DNA from: Octopus bimaculoides
Taxonomy: Eukaryota
DNA: 64,000 bases
Assembly: GCF_001194135.2 (NCBI RefSeq)
Contig: NC_068981.1
Coordinates: forward strand, 37,369,235-37,433,234
Direction: 5' to 3'
Made by a program: the position numbers and the translations under genes. Below are positions 12,086 to 25,313 of the stretch, in pieces (the first letter of the stretch is position 1; each line of letters opens with the position of its first letter). Below the pieces are notes generated by a model, which saw nothing but the letters and a program-made list of their open reading frames with translations, searched no databases and was not told the origin of the DNA.

Positions 12086-13702
12086 GTAAGCATATACTTG
12101 TGTACTTGGTGTAAACAGGTAATTTTATTTGCAGAACATTTATTTATAAACATTTATTAAAAAAATGTTATTATACTGCTACGAATGTTGTTAGTATTGT
12201 TCTGGCTGTTGAATTTTAACATGGAGTTGTTTTTTAGTTCTTTGTTTATTTTGTTGGTTTCTTGCACTGTATCCATTATGATGAATATATTGTCCAGGTA
12301 CTTGAAGTATACTGCATGTTAAGCCCACTTTGTTTTTAATTTTGGCTATGTACATCATCAAAAGCATGGGTTCCATAAGGCTTATCAGAATGTACAACAC
12401 ATCTCAATGTACTATATAAAATGCACCTCTTTCTCCTCCACTTATCATCTCCACACCTCAAAACCCCACACTAAACACTTTTTTAACTTCCATCTACAAA
12501 AACTAAATTTCACTGAAACATCCACTCATCTATGGAATATAAAATGATACTGATTTTTTTGTATATGGATGTGTGTCTGTGAGTAAGTCTGTATGTATGT
12601 GTATGTCTGAGTGTGTATATATACCCTGTGATAAGAATGCATATGCTCCTAGGAAGGTAATTCCATGTTGAGTTCTTTAAAATAGTGTTTGTAAGATAGT
12701 TTCGTTCAACAGATATATCGGTACTAGTTTTATATTGAACTCCCATGACTGCTGGCCACATTTTATGTTACCTGATAAGAGATAGAATTCTTCAAACAGA
12801 ACATTCTTTAGAGGAAAACTTGCAACAGGGTAAGTCGATGGATATTTCCTTCATATCATTTATAAACGATGACTCTTTCCAGTTACTTTTTTTCATTCTT
12901 TGGGCTCATATAACACATATGAAATACAATACACTACCCAGCAAAATAATGCAATCCATGAACCCCATATTGTTGACAACAGATTAAATATTAAAGTAAT
13001 ATAAGATACAACAAAACAAGCATTACCACAAAGTAAAACACATTGTATATTAACATAATTCTACAGCCCTCCCCACCAACAAAGACAATGCTGTACGCTT
13101 GTCATGAACATGTATGTGCACCTAGTATGCTGTAGAAACATATGAAACATAAAATCATGATAGAAAGAAAAGTCTTTTTGGTTACTACTTTATTTAACTG
13201 ATCAGAAAAGGATGAAGGGCAAAATTGATCTTGGAAAGGGTTGAAGTCTGAATATTAAAAATCTGGATCAAATATAAGAGATATTATTTGTTGTCCTGTC
13301 TATTTTGCCAATCCACCATCATGAAAAGCACGACAATAATAGCAATACAATTTTATATAGATATGAAGTGAAGGTTTCAGAAATTCTACGTGAATTCTGC
13401 AACAATATGAAGAGTGACACTAATGACGGAGATAATGATGACATGGTGATAATGATAGATAGACACATATATAGTTACATATGTGTGTGAGTGTGCGCAT
13501 CTATACATATAATTTGACAGAAGTGATTCTTTCTTGTATATTTTCTTGTCTTGGGATTCACAGTCAAACGGCTGGGTGGAATTCCACAAAAAATTACATA
13601 GATGTGTAGAATGACCTGGTGGTGTTACTGGGCTTTGTATTTTTTATAGCATCCATGGTTACTGAGATAATCTACTATTGGTAGTGAGATGATGAAAATT
13701 AT

Positions 13703-13915
13703 ATGCTGAAAAAAATAAATCAAACAGCGTTTCAACTCTGTGTGAATATATGTGTGTGCATGTAAAAGGAGGGGGCAGTATGTGAATGTGTGTATTTGTG
13801 TGTGTGTGCGTGTGTATGTGTGTTTGTGTGTGTGTGTGTGTGTGCACACAATGTAAGTGGGATGGTTAACATTCAATGCTGAAAAGAAAAATCAAACAGT
13901 GTTTCAACTCTGTGT
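13703..13915 (+). repeat. ~40-bp direct repeat pair
   Basis: atgctgaaaaaaataaatcaaacagcgtttcaactctgtgt (13703) and atgctgaaaagaaaaatcaaacagtgtttcaactctgtgt (13876). Confidence 0.8.
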
Positions 13916-14136
13916 ATTTGGTATGTGCTTGACAGCTCCCACGTTTAGTCATGGCGAGCTTTATGTGGACTTAAAACTTGAAAATTCTTTTGAAGGAAAC
14001 AAGCAGTCAAAGGATGTTAGTTGGGGATAGATTTTTCACAAAAAATTTGGTAATGAAAGAATGAAAGAATTATTAAACCAAAATCTTGGTTTTGTACCTT
14101 ATTTATATATAAAATACTACAATTAGCCATCATTTT

Positions 14137-14172
14137 GGTCTATCAGGCTAGCAATTACTAGCCTGATAGACC
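14137..14172. other. Perfect 15-bp stem / 6-nt loop hairpin
   Basis: ggtctatcaggctag-caatta-ctagcctgatagacc. Confidence 0.85.
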
Positions 14173-14280
14173 CTGCTATGTCAAGATGGACTTATATATT
14201 CTTCCTCTGCTCTCTCCCACTTGGTTTTAATATGTTGCCACATTTGTAATATGTCTTTTTTTCTACATTTTTTCGTGCAG

Positions 14281-14310
14281 CTGAAGATTGCTCTTCATAT
14301 TGCATTTAAG
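14281..14310 (+). CDS. Candidate 30-nt micro-exon (LKIALHIAFK)
   Basis: Strong acceptor ttttttctacattttttcgtgcag and donor AAG|GTAATG; only the phase-0 frame is open. Confidence 0.33.
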
Positions 14311-14893
14311 GTAATGCTCACATTACTTAAATAAATTGAAGTAGCATGAAACGTGCGTACTGCAATCACTTTTGAAATCCGTGTTGCTTATTATTTGATA
14401 TGTATATATATATATATATATNNNNNNNNNNNNNNNNNNNNNNNNNNNNNNNNNNNNNNNNNNNNNNNNNNNNNNNNNNNNNNNNNNNNNNNNNNNNNNN
14501 NNNNNNNNNNNNNNNNNNNNNNNNNNNNNNNNNNNNNNNNNNNNNNNNNNNNNNNNNNNNNNNNNNNNNNNNNNNNNNNNNNNNNNNNNNNNNNNNNNNN
14601 NNNNNNNNNNNNNNNNNNNNNNNNNNNNNNNNNNNNNNNNNNNNNNNNNNNNNNNNNNNNNNNNNNNNNNNNNNNNNNNNNNNNNNNNNNNNNNNNNNNN
14701 NNNNNNNNNNNNNNNNNNNNNNNNNNNNNNNNNNNNNNNNNNNNNNNNNNNNNNNNNNNNNNNNNNNNNNNNNNNNNNNNNNNNNNNNNNNNNNNNNNNN
14801 NNNNNNNNNNNNNNNNNNNNNNNNNNNNNNNNNNNNNNNNNNNNNNNNNNNNNNNNNNNNNNNNNNNNNNNNNNNNNNNNNNNNNNNNNNNNN

Positions 14894-14924
<31 letters not shown>

Positions 14925-15929
14925 TACATACATATTGTGTATAGGTGTGTGTGTCTGTGTATACATATTATATGCACACACACGCACACGCATATATATT
15001 TAACTTCAAGTTGAATGTTTCATAGCTGGAATGACATGCTTATCTCAGCTGAGATGGCAAATGGGAATCAATGACTAGAAGCTAAGTTAGAAAGTGAAAT
15101 AATCTCCACCAAACACTTAAGTCAGATTTTTTTCCCCTTTTAAAACTTTTATTTATGTTGAATTTATTTCTCAGCTTCAACCATTTAATAAAATTATTTC
15201 TTACGAAGCTATTCATAGATTCCTGCAGTAATTCAACAGCTTGAAAGAAAGGCTGATAATGAGATTTTAAGATTTTAGTGCATTAAGATATCCATTGCTT
15301 TATGGATGTTGTCCTGTTTGAAGGAGATTAATCTGTCACTTATTCTTCCATCAAACATTTCAATAGTTTCAAAATAAATAAGAAACTTTCATTGCAAGAC
15401 AAATATCTGAATATCTGGTGAGTGGTATTTCAGAAGAGATACAAGGAGATTTTCCATTCACTTATTTATTATTTATTTATTTATTTTCATTTTTACTTCT
15501 GAAGGGTTCTAGTTCTGTCAGGCTACTCTGCAATGAATTTATGGATGAATCATTTCAAAAATTCAAATATTTGAAATAAAATTTTAGATTAAGTGGATTT
15601 TTTATGGAACAAACATAGTAAACATTTAACAGATGAATGCTCTTCTGCCTATTCTAATACCTACCACCACTAAGTTACAAACTTCTCTCAGTACATACTT
15701 TCAACTAGGCTAACTTCAAATAATAAGTTGAACAATATTCTTTGTTTAATCCTTATAGTGCAATCACCATACTTTGAACATTTAAGCTTGTGCTTCTCTC
15801 TCAGTAGGCAAAGATACCAACAACTCTAAAATAAAACAAAAAGCTAATCTTCAATATTTCAGTGAATAGCTTTGGCATTAATATGATTTTTAACATTTTG
15901 CACACACATGGATATATATTTTGAGAGAG

Positions 15930-16100
15930 ATTGTAGTTGATTAAATTAGCCTCAGTACTTGACTGGCGCCTTATTTTATTGACCTTGGAAGAATAAAGAG
16001 TAAAGCTGACCTTAACAAGGTTTGAACTCAGAATATAAAGTGCTGTTACTAAATACCACAAGAAATTTTATCTGATACTAACAATTCTGCTAACCCATCA
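15930..16100 (-). mobile_element. SINE family M, degenerate
   Basis: ttattttattgaccttggaagaataaagagtaaagctgaccttaacaaggtttgaactcagaatat is the reverse complement of the family core. Confidence 0.7.
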
Positions 16101-16276
16101 CTCTTTGATATTGATATAGTAACAATACAGATGATGTGTAGGTGTAATCAAATGTTGAACATTAATTAATTTTGTTACATTTTGCTGATTCTGATTTTAA
16201 AAATGTTACATTGTTTGATCTTGAGATATTTGTTAAGAGATATCTAATGAAACTTTGAAGTATCTAAATTATTCAC

Positions 16277-16342
16277 CAGGTTTTTTCCTTTTAAAATGTC
16301 AGAATCCATGACAGCATAATGAAATCGCTTAATACATATTTC
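16277..16342 (-). CDS. Candidate 66-nt exon (EICIKRFHYAVMDSDILKGKNL)
   Basis: Acceptor tttcctgctgaaag, donor CTG|GTGAAT, phase 0/0 and open. Confidence 0.2.
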
Positions 16343-17528
16343 CTTTCAGCAGGAAATCTACTTATTATACAGGACAAATTACATAAACAAATCATAAATT
16401 CAAAATACATTATATATATGATAAAAGGCCTTGATGTAAAAGCCTATTCATAATTCTATTAATATTTTTTTCTGTCTAAGGGAATAAGTGACACTACATG
16501 ATAGTTAATAACTAACTGGCTGCCTTGTGCCAATGCTAGAAATCAATAATTAATTGGTTATTAGTGAGAGGGCATGCACCTGTAAAATACATTTATTAAC
16601 TGTGCATTAGCATGGTACCTGAATTCCTGAAATTGTGCATTCATAACTTTATAGACTGGAAGAAATGGATAAAAATAACTAAAGATCACAATCCATCAAC
16701 AGATACTAAATATAACCGAATAAAATTATTACAAAACAAGTAAATTAATACATGAGACAGTACTGGAATAATCTAATAATGTTTTGGGTGGAGTACCAAG
16801 GAGACCTTGTTCTTATACGCTATATGCTGGAGTCTGTCAATCTGCAAATGATTCACATAGGAAAATTTGAATACAGCACTATAAGATAATAAAGTCCTAC
16901 TGCTTATAACAATGAATTAGAAGAGCTTAGAGTTTTAAGCTCTTAATGGTAGTATGAGAGATCAGTTTTCAAGTTTGCAATGATTCAGTAAGCATGAACT
17001 GACCATGATTCCTATTTGCATTTACATAAACTGGTTCTGTTTTAAGAGTTATTTGATTTTCCAAGAACATAATACATCACTGAAGGTGAGATAGGAACAA
17101 GAAACCTTGTACTATATGATGTATTTAAATTTCAACTTCCAAACGAAATGGTCAGCAGCAATTTCACATTACAAATGTGAACATTTAGTTATTTGTTTTA
17201 CCATTTTTTTTCCAATGGAATTTTATTTCAGTGAAATTTAGAAAACTTTTCCTGAAGTTATTGATTATGAAACAAGGAATGAGAGACTATATAGCTTTAA
17301 TAAATGTAAAACTATATGAATTCTTATTTTCAATAGCTCACAAGGATGCAAAATAGAATACCAACAACACATGGTTCTAATTGATGCATACCACATAAGC
17401 AAAAAAGATCATCTGCAGCATATCCCTCAAAGCTAAAAATGCTGACTACATTCTCAAAGTGATCATTAATTCATTTCAAAACTATTGTAAATATTACTTT
17501 TCTGAAAAATAATTTTTTTTTAAAGCAG

Positions 17529-17546
17529 TGGAATTCAGATTACAAG
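17529..17546 (+). CDS. Candidate 18-nt micro-exon
   Basis: Acceptor tttttttttaaagcag, exon tggaattcagattacaag, donor AAG|GTAAGA. Confidence 0.22.
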
Positions 17547-19869
17547 GTAAGAATTGATAAATGATATTTTTAGAGATTTTTTGCACGTAGATTTAAAACA
17601 AATCTATAAAAATGATGAAGATGAGGAAGGGAGGGGGAGGAGGATCATCATCATTCTCATAGCTATGTGTCAAGAGATTCAAGCAAGAGTAAAGGATTTA
17701 TAAAAGACTTAAATTATATTTTTAAAAGTCTGTAGCTCATTGTTGAAAAACCACAGCTCAAGAATGTGCTACATTATCAGAATAAAGTATAACATAGATT
17801 ATTTTGGAAATATACTCTAAGTTTTTATCATCAATGGCGTTCAACTATATAAAGCAAAAAAAACCCACCATAACTGCTAAACTTCAGTGAGGAGAGAAAA
17901 TGTGAAAGCACACATCAGCTAATGATGATATGGTGTTATTTCAACAGAGAAGTATTCATTCTATAGAGTAATATTGACAGAATATTTGTGTAGCATGATT
18001 ATATTTCTGTTTTTAGTCCAGTAAAAACTATAACTATAGACTGAGAAAATGTAATATCTGATAAGAGTGTGCAAGAAAATATAATATTCGAAGTGTTTTG
18101 TCTCAAATGTATTATTTCAAACAAGATGGTTGATTTCATAAGTATTGCGAACTATCCATTATTCATATTTTGTGTCTACAGATGAGAATTGATAAGCATA
18201 TTTTCACCACTGATAAATTATATTACATTTTGTATGGAAAAAAAAAAAGAAGCGATTTTTTTTTTCCATCATTGTAAATAGAATAGGAACATGGTTTTTT
18301 TCTTTTAATTTTTGATTTTGCTTTGTTATCCTAATAGCTGTACAATAGTTACTACTAACTTGCATTGTTTGCTATCTTTTATGGGTTTGTTACAGATATA
18401 CAAAATGACTGATTATTTCATATATGTACTTTGGCAATCTTTTTTCCATCTTTCTTGTTTGCTTGGAAAGTATGAGCTAACAGGAGCTGTTAAACCTGAA
18501 CTTCCACTTATTTTTAGCATTTAAACAAATTATGATTGTTTTTCANNNNNNNNNNTATATACACATTCTTTTGGTCGATGTTATATGTGCTGATGTTTTT
18601 TTCTTGATTAGCATAAATAACCTTTGCATATGATTTGTTACATCTAATTTGTCTTAGCATTTATAGTCAACAAGGACAGAAGTTTGTACTATTGAATAGA
18701 TTAAGGCGTCTTTATTACAACCATACCATCAAGTTTATGCTGATCTGCTGCCAGAAAGTGTGACAAGTATTGTGTTGCTAGGATGTCAAGATACTAGAGG
18801 TATAGTGGTTTGTGTATTATCACATGACTTGCAGTATCCATTGCCAAAACATAATACTAAGTGACCCACTCAATATAATAAAAAAAATTAAAAAAACATG
18901 CTGTGGGCATATTTTGGTCATTACTGAAAGCAAAAGGATTTTATATAATTAATTATTTCACTACATTGTAATGCATGTTCAAGTTCTTTGATCATGTTTC
19001 AGCAAATTCTATGATAAGAACACCAAAGTGTGCTTGACATGTATATCTGATTCTAGAGAAGAAACCATATCATGTTGGACTAAAGAAAGAGATTCAACAC
19101 ACCAATAGTATATGTATTCTTGCATTTAAGCAGTTTTGATATTAATATAGTTATCAGGCAAATTAGCAGAGTCATTAGAGCATATGACAAAATAAATGCC
19201 TTGTAGTATTTACACCCAGGTTTCAAATCTTGTTACAGTAAACTTTGCCCTTCATACTGCCAAGTTAACAGAGCAAAGAACTGGTACAGGGCAGAAATTG
19301 ATTAAACCAAATACAAATTTCTTGCAAATATGTAGTCTTGTGCCACTGTTAAACACCAATATGAGTATTGCTAAGAGTAATTTGAGGAAGAAATTTTAAA
19401 TTGATAACTTATGACACATATATTTATATTGCTTTATGTTCTGAACACAAATCCCACCAAATCACCATTGCTTTCTGTTCTTCCAATAGTAATAAGCTCT
19501 ACTGATATGCTGGGGATGATTAAATCAACCTCTTGTCAATCACTGCTGCAAAATTTGTAGCTTTATGTCTAATTTCAGAATTTCTAATGTACCTTTCCAT
19601 TTCGTATGCAAAGGAAAAAGTAGTACTAGCTTCGTCTTAAATTAATTTAATTAGTAGAAATAGCAGAGTGACAGACAATATGCCTTGCTGCATTTAGTTA
19701 TGTATCTTCATATTCTTACTTCAAATCTCACCAAGTTCAAATTTGTCTGTCATTCCTCTTTGATAAAATTGATAAAATAACGGTCAAGAAATTGATTTGC
19801 TTGCTACCACGTCTCAAATTTGTAACCTATATAAGGAATTATTATCATTACTGACACACAGAGAGAGAA

Positions 19870-20085
19870 TGGTCTGACAGAATCACTGGAGCATCAGATG
19901 AAATGCCTTGCAAGTATTTGCTCTGGGTTTTCATGTTCTGAGTTCAAATCCGGTTGAGGTTGACCTTGCCTTTCATGCTTCTAACATTAATAAAATAAAG
20001 TACTATCCAAGTACTTGAATTGATTTAATCAGCTAACCCATCCCCACAAAATTTATGGCCTTGTACCTACTTTAGAAATTATTAT
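19870..20085 (+). mobile_element. SINE family M
   Basis: atgttctgagttcaaatccggttgaggttgaccttgcctttcatgc ... aaaatttatggccttgtacctactttagaa. Confidence 0.75.
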
Positions 20086-21019
20086 TAGTGACATATCAAC
20101 AAAGATTGACTTCGAAATCTTTTATGTAATATTTGTTGTAATAACTTTTTCTCAGCAATAACCAATTTTCTACAAATCCTTTTTTAAAGATAAAAACAAG
20201 TTGTATTTCTTTATCTTTCATTCAGCAAGTATGTGAAGACATTGCTAATGATGAAAGGTATCAGCTGCTCCATCTAATCGATATCACAAATAAACAATAT
20301 CAAAATCCGAACCATGTTGGTCATGTTGAATTTGTGAATTTTACCCCACCCACCACAACTGTCCCTATTAAGAATTAGGAACTAACACAGTTCTACGCTA
20401 CAAGACTACTTAGTTACAGTCAATTTAGACTATTCAACAAACGACAGCAACAACAACTGTAATTATCATTATTACTGCTGCTGCCATTCCTGTCTAGTTA
20501 TATTTGATCCAATATTTTAGCTTGCAGCCAAATTCCACAAGCTTTAGGCAAATCAGAATTGTTTTTATTGCAATAACATTGTGAAGTCCGAAAGGTTGTG
20601 TGGATAGGAATTCATACTCCATTACTAAAACTATGATGTGTCACCGGACAAGGCATTTAATTCTACCATGCACAGCCTCTGGCAAGCTGTAAATTATGTA
20701 CCAAAGGAAAGCAGCTGGTTGGTGGAATGCTGAACTGAATGAATAAACTGACTATCAAAACAATGGCTCACAGTGTTGAAATCACAGTTATTCATAACAC
20801 AAACCCTTAAATCATAATCACATTCATAAATAGGGATTTCTTTTGGCTAGGAACAAGGTCAAGTTTTGTACGGGTGAATATATAGTCAATTGAAACTGTC
20901 CCAGTGCATTGCTGCTAACTTTATTGCCTTCCCCACCATTCGTAGATGAAAGGTAAAGTCTAAGCTTAAAGGATTTGTATTCAGAATGTAAAGTATTTAG
21001 TTACCATTATAAATGAAGT

Positions 21020-21207
21020 CACCACCATGAACTGAATCACCCTCAAGCCACACCCTATCGGCTTACAAGAGGACATACTGGATAATGTAACCTTAGACAT
21101 AGAAGATGGAGCAGTCATGAATGGAACACCTTTGATCATTAGTCTGTTTAATCAGAGCTGATCCAAAAGTAAACAACAACAAAAGCAACAACAACAACAA
21201 CAACAAT
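21020..21207 (+). mobile_element. (AAC)n-tailed retroposon 3' part
   Basis: gatggagcagtcatgaatggaacacctttgatcattagtctgtttaatcagagctgatcc..aaacaacaac; homologous to the copies at 26400 and 61900. Confidence 0.65.
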
Positions 21208-21629
21208 TCAGTGAGTGTAATTCTAAGTGGTCAATAGAACTGTTAGAAAAACCATCCAAAACTGCTTAAATTGAAGTCAGTCATCTTTGAAAAGTGAGGA
21301 CACACTCTGTACACTATGTTTCAAAAAGAAATGGGTTGGACACAAAACTTTTTTATTGTAGATCTACTAGTTTAGACCTTAAAGAGTTAAAAACCATCTC
21401 ACCACCACCAATAACAACAACAACAATAATACTATTACCAAATGAAACCAGATGCGGTTAAATGATTATTTGATCTGGTAGAAATAGCACCCAAATCTCT
21501 CTCAAATTTCACATAAACATCTTGGAAAGGGTTGCGATATTAGTTAACTGAATCCTGAATATATAACATGCTACACAAAAGAATGGTAGAATGGTGATGA
21601 TCATGATGATGATGATCATCATCATCATC

Positions 21630-21915
21630 AACGTCATTTCGTGTCCTCCCACCAGGCTGTCATGTGTTGGATGGTTTGACAGGGACTGGCAAGGCAGGCA
21701 CCTGCATTATGCTTCTGTGTCTGTTTTGGCATGATTTTTACGGTTGGATGCTCTTCCTAACACCAATGAGTCCATTGAGTGGGCAGAGTGCTTTTTATGT
21801 GACACCAACTCAGGCGAGGTCAGTTTTGACATGGTTTTTACAGCTGGATGTCTTTCCAAATGCCAACTATTTTACAATTTTGACGAGAAGCTTTTTAAGT
21901 GGCACCAGCACTGGC
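21630..21915 (-). mobile_element. (GAT)n-tailed RTE-related retroposon, subfamily A, old copy
   Basis: (cat)n tail, then tgtgttggatggtttgacagggactggc ... ggttggatgctcttcctaacacc; matches the 60975 copy. Confidence 0.7.
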
Positions 21916-21949
21916 TAGGTCACCATGTAACTTTGCAAGACAAGGAATC

Positions 21950-22700
21950 TTTGAGAGGGGAGGGGCATTGGAGGAGGGGATCTTGTGTCAGAAAATGAAA
22001 AGTTAGAGTGTGACAGAGAGATAGAAACAGATGTTTTGCTGTAGAGGAGGTACATGGTTACCCAGCCTGAGAGAGGGGGAGAGAGAGGAAGAGAGAGAGG
22101 GAGATGAAGAGAAGGAGAGAAAGAGAGGGAAATAGAGAAAAAGAGAGCAAGAGTTAACAAGAATGAGGGCAGAAACAGGTGGTTACTTAGAGAGAGAGGG
22201 GGAGTTAACAAGAAGGAGGTGTGCTGTTGCAAAGGATGTACAAGTAAGAGAAAGGGAGCGAGAGGGTACAAGAGAATGAGGGCTGAGACAAGTTTGTTGC
22301 TGTAGAAGAGATACATAATTACTCAGTCAGAGGGAAGAGCAATTGAGAGAGAGGGGGGGAGTAGGAGACAGCAAGAGCAGGAGAGGGATGGCAGCAAGTA
22401 CCAGGGTATACTTGCAAGGAATGGGGGATCAGAGCATAGATGAGATGGTAGAGTAAGGAAGGGAGAGATGAATGGTGGCAGGTGCTGGCAGGGTATTGCC
22501 AAGAAGTTGCAAGCAAGGAATAGGGGTGGAGAATGTTGTGACTGGTGAGAATCTGGGTATATAGAGGAGGAGGAGGAGGAGGGAAAGGGGGAAGCAACGA
22601 TACAGCAAGCAGGGCAGTGAGAAATGGATTAGGGAGTGAGAGATAATCATAGTGAATGAAGAGGAAATGTGAGAAAGAGAAGAGAAACAGTTTGGGAAAG
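21950..22700. repeat. Purine-rich (GA/GGA) low-complexity mosaic with internal duplications
   Basis: gagagaggg runs; ttgctgtagaggaggtacatggttacccag (22036) recurs as ttgctgtagaagagatacataattactcag (~22297). Confidence 0.7.
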
Positions 22701-22919
22701 GGGTGTGTAATTTGGTTTGTTGGAATAGGGTGTGCTAAAATTCTATTGTCACATGTGGGTGGTACACAACATTAGTGTTAGAGTAATTATCGATGAAAAT
22801 TGTACATATATAAATGAATAGAGTAACATGAGGACAAACATTATACAAGGGAAGAACTGACCAAGTATACAATACCTGGCTCTGTTGTAACTGTTACCAC
22901 ATGTGAGCCAATAAGAGAG

Positions 22920-23340
22920 TCTTTATGAGGTCACACAACCTGCAAGAAATAGCCGCCATATCACTCTCAAATCATACTCTGCTGTCTTTAAAAATGAAGG
23001 ACTACATATCTAAAACTACAAGAGACAATATAGTCTTACCTATACAAAAAGATTGTAATGGTTGGAAGTCTTTTGGTCATAGATCAAAATCAGGGCTGAA
23101 CTGTGGTTACACAACAACAATACAAAGTCACCACTATAAAGTTATTCAAACTGCTAGAAATAGAAACCAAATCGCACTTTGACTGTACACTTTTGTTTTA
23201 TGGAAGGCAGAGACATATTGAATAATGCATCTCTTCATCTGATTAATAATATGAGACAGTCATGGGTGAAATAGGTTTGATAGTAAGCCTACTGGATCAG
23301 AACTGACCAAAGGTAAACAACAAGAACAACAAAAACAGCA
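22920..23340 (+). mobile_element. Two adjacent (AAC)n-tailed retroposon copies
   Basis: aacctgcaagaaatagccgccatatcactctcaaatcatac ... atcagggctgaactgtggttacacaacaac, then cagtcatgggtgaaat ... gatcagaactgaccaaaggtaaacaacaag. Confidence 0.6.
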
Positions 23341-23859
23341 GTGGCAGTAGTAGTAGCAGCTGCAGCAGCAGCAAGTTTACAGAGAACTGGACAATGTATA
23401 GAGTATAACGTACAAATTATCACATTGTGTCCCTCATGATTAACCTTTACTTATATAGTCCTCAGCTAGGTGGAGGTGTGGCATATCTGAAATGGTGAAC
23501 CATGTAGACTTGTAGATTGAATCCTTATTAATAGGCTACATACTTTCCCCTTCTTATGGCCTGAAATCTTTCAAGTCTAAAGTAAATTCATTCCTTTCAT
23601 CTTAATTTCTCCTTCATTGTCATTTACATTAAGAGGCTTCTGATCTTGTTTGGGATTTTCTAATAAACATGTTAAGGTTCTGCTGTGTCTGGAGAGAGTC
23701 ATTTTCTTTTAGTGCCTTATTATTTAACACACTCACCGGTAAAATTTCCACTTATTTACTTATTTATTTTTCTAAAATTTTCGTTGTGTCATGCAACCTT
23801 TTCAATAGTTGTTGACTCTGTCTGTTATTCAAGCTGCATTCTTTTTTGTTTGTTTGTTT

Positions 23860-24360
23860 GTGCACATGTGTGTGTGTGCACATACACATGTATGTATGTA
23901 TATATGTATGTATGCATGCATGTAAGTGTGTGTATGCATGTATGTGTGTATGTATATATGTATGTGTGTACTTTAGAAGGTATGTATTCTACATATTCAT
24001 GTGTTTGTATATTTTTATGTGTATTTACATGTGTAAGTGTGTGTGTTTGCATGTGTGTGTGTGTGTGTGTGTGTACCTGTCTCCTTGTGTGTGCATGTCT
24101 GAATTTGTCTGTGTGTGTGTGCTTGTGTGTGTATGGGTTTTTGTGACTATGTACTGTGTTTGTATGTATGGATGTGTATCTCCACATGTGTGAATGTGTG
24201 TCTCCATATGTGTCCTTGTGTGAAGTGAAGTATGTGTGTATATGGTCATGTGTTTCGGTCTTCATTTGTGTATGTGTGCTTGTCTGTTCATATAACCTAT
24301 GTACCTATCCGTCTGTATGTCCATCTGTTTACTTTCATATTCATATGCCTACATATATGT

Positions 24361-24414
<54 letters not shown>

Positions 24415-24510
24415 NNNNNNNNNNACACATACACACATACACACACACATACACACATACACACACACATACACACATACACACATACACACACACACAC
24501 ATACACACAC
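23860..24510. repeat. Compound (TG)n/(TATG)n then (CA)n/(CACATA)n microsatellite field
   Basis: Direct reading; spans the 24415-24424 gap and generates many artefact ORFs. Confidence 0.95.
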
Positions 24511-25039
24511 CTATCTACATAATAGCCCACTAACTATTCTACCTGTATATAAATACAAACTGTGGGTATGGGGGTGTGATTATCTGCTACATATATTTCC
24601 TATTTAGAATTGGAGATGTTTCCATTATGAGGATGCACTCCTGTATTTGTCTGAGTTCTGGGTCCTTTATCTCTACAGATTCTCTATAGAAATTATAGCC
24701 AGCAATGATTTCATTATGATGTTATCTTTATAAAAAATCTGTTGAGATGACCTTAACATGTGATTTAAAGGTATTGCTAACATAGTAGAACAGAGTTTTG
24801 ACTTATAAAAACATTTAATATACCTTGTAGCATATAATGGTTGCATAACAAAATATTGTGTGCCTACAAGTCATTAATTTCTAATAAAAAACAAAACAAC
24901 ATAGTCACACTTTATAAGGCCTGACCTAAGAGTATAGAGTAATGACTATAATGTACCTAACTCACAGACAATTGCAACCATCATTATTGATAAAACTAGT
25001 GCAACAGATGGAGCCTAAGTTAATAAGGGAATAAATCTC

Positions 25040-25255
25040 TAAAAAGTTATGAAGCAGCTAGAAATAGCAACCAAATATCCCTGAAGTCAAACTCTACTGT
25101 TTTCAAAAAAAAAGAAAGGAAAATGCATCTAAAATTCATTGTCTGAAATAAAGATGGAAAGAGATGGTCACATCAGTTGATCCCATTTAGGAATACTTTG
25201 ACCGCAGGTTCACCTGATAAGAGCTGATCTTTACTACACAGCAACAACATCAACA
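25040..25255 (+). mobile_element. (AAC)n-tailed retroposon, degenerate
   Basis: cagctagaaatagcaaccaaatatccctgaagtc ... aaataaagatggaaagagatggtcaca ... gagctgatc ... cagcaacaacatcaac. Confidence 0.55.
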
Positions 25256-25313
25256 AAAAATCCCTCTTTCACATCTACAAATCGCCATAATGAACAATAC
25301 TACCATAGCTACA

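Noticed and set aside
12713-12829. Plus-strand exon between ttcgttcaacag and the strong donor CAGG|GTAAGT
   Set aside because: All three frames from that acceptor contain a stop. Shorter versions have poor acceptors and do not bridge the phases of the neighbouring candidates.
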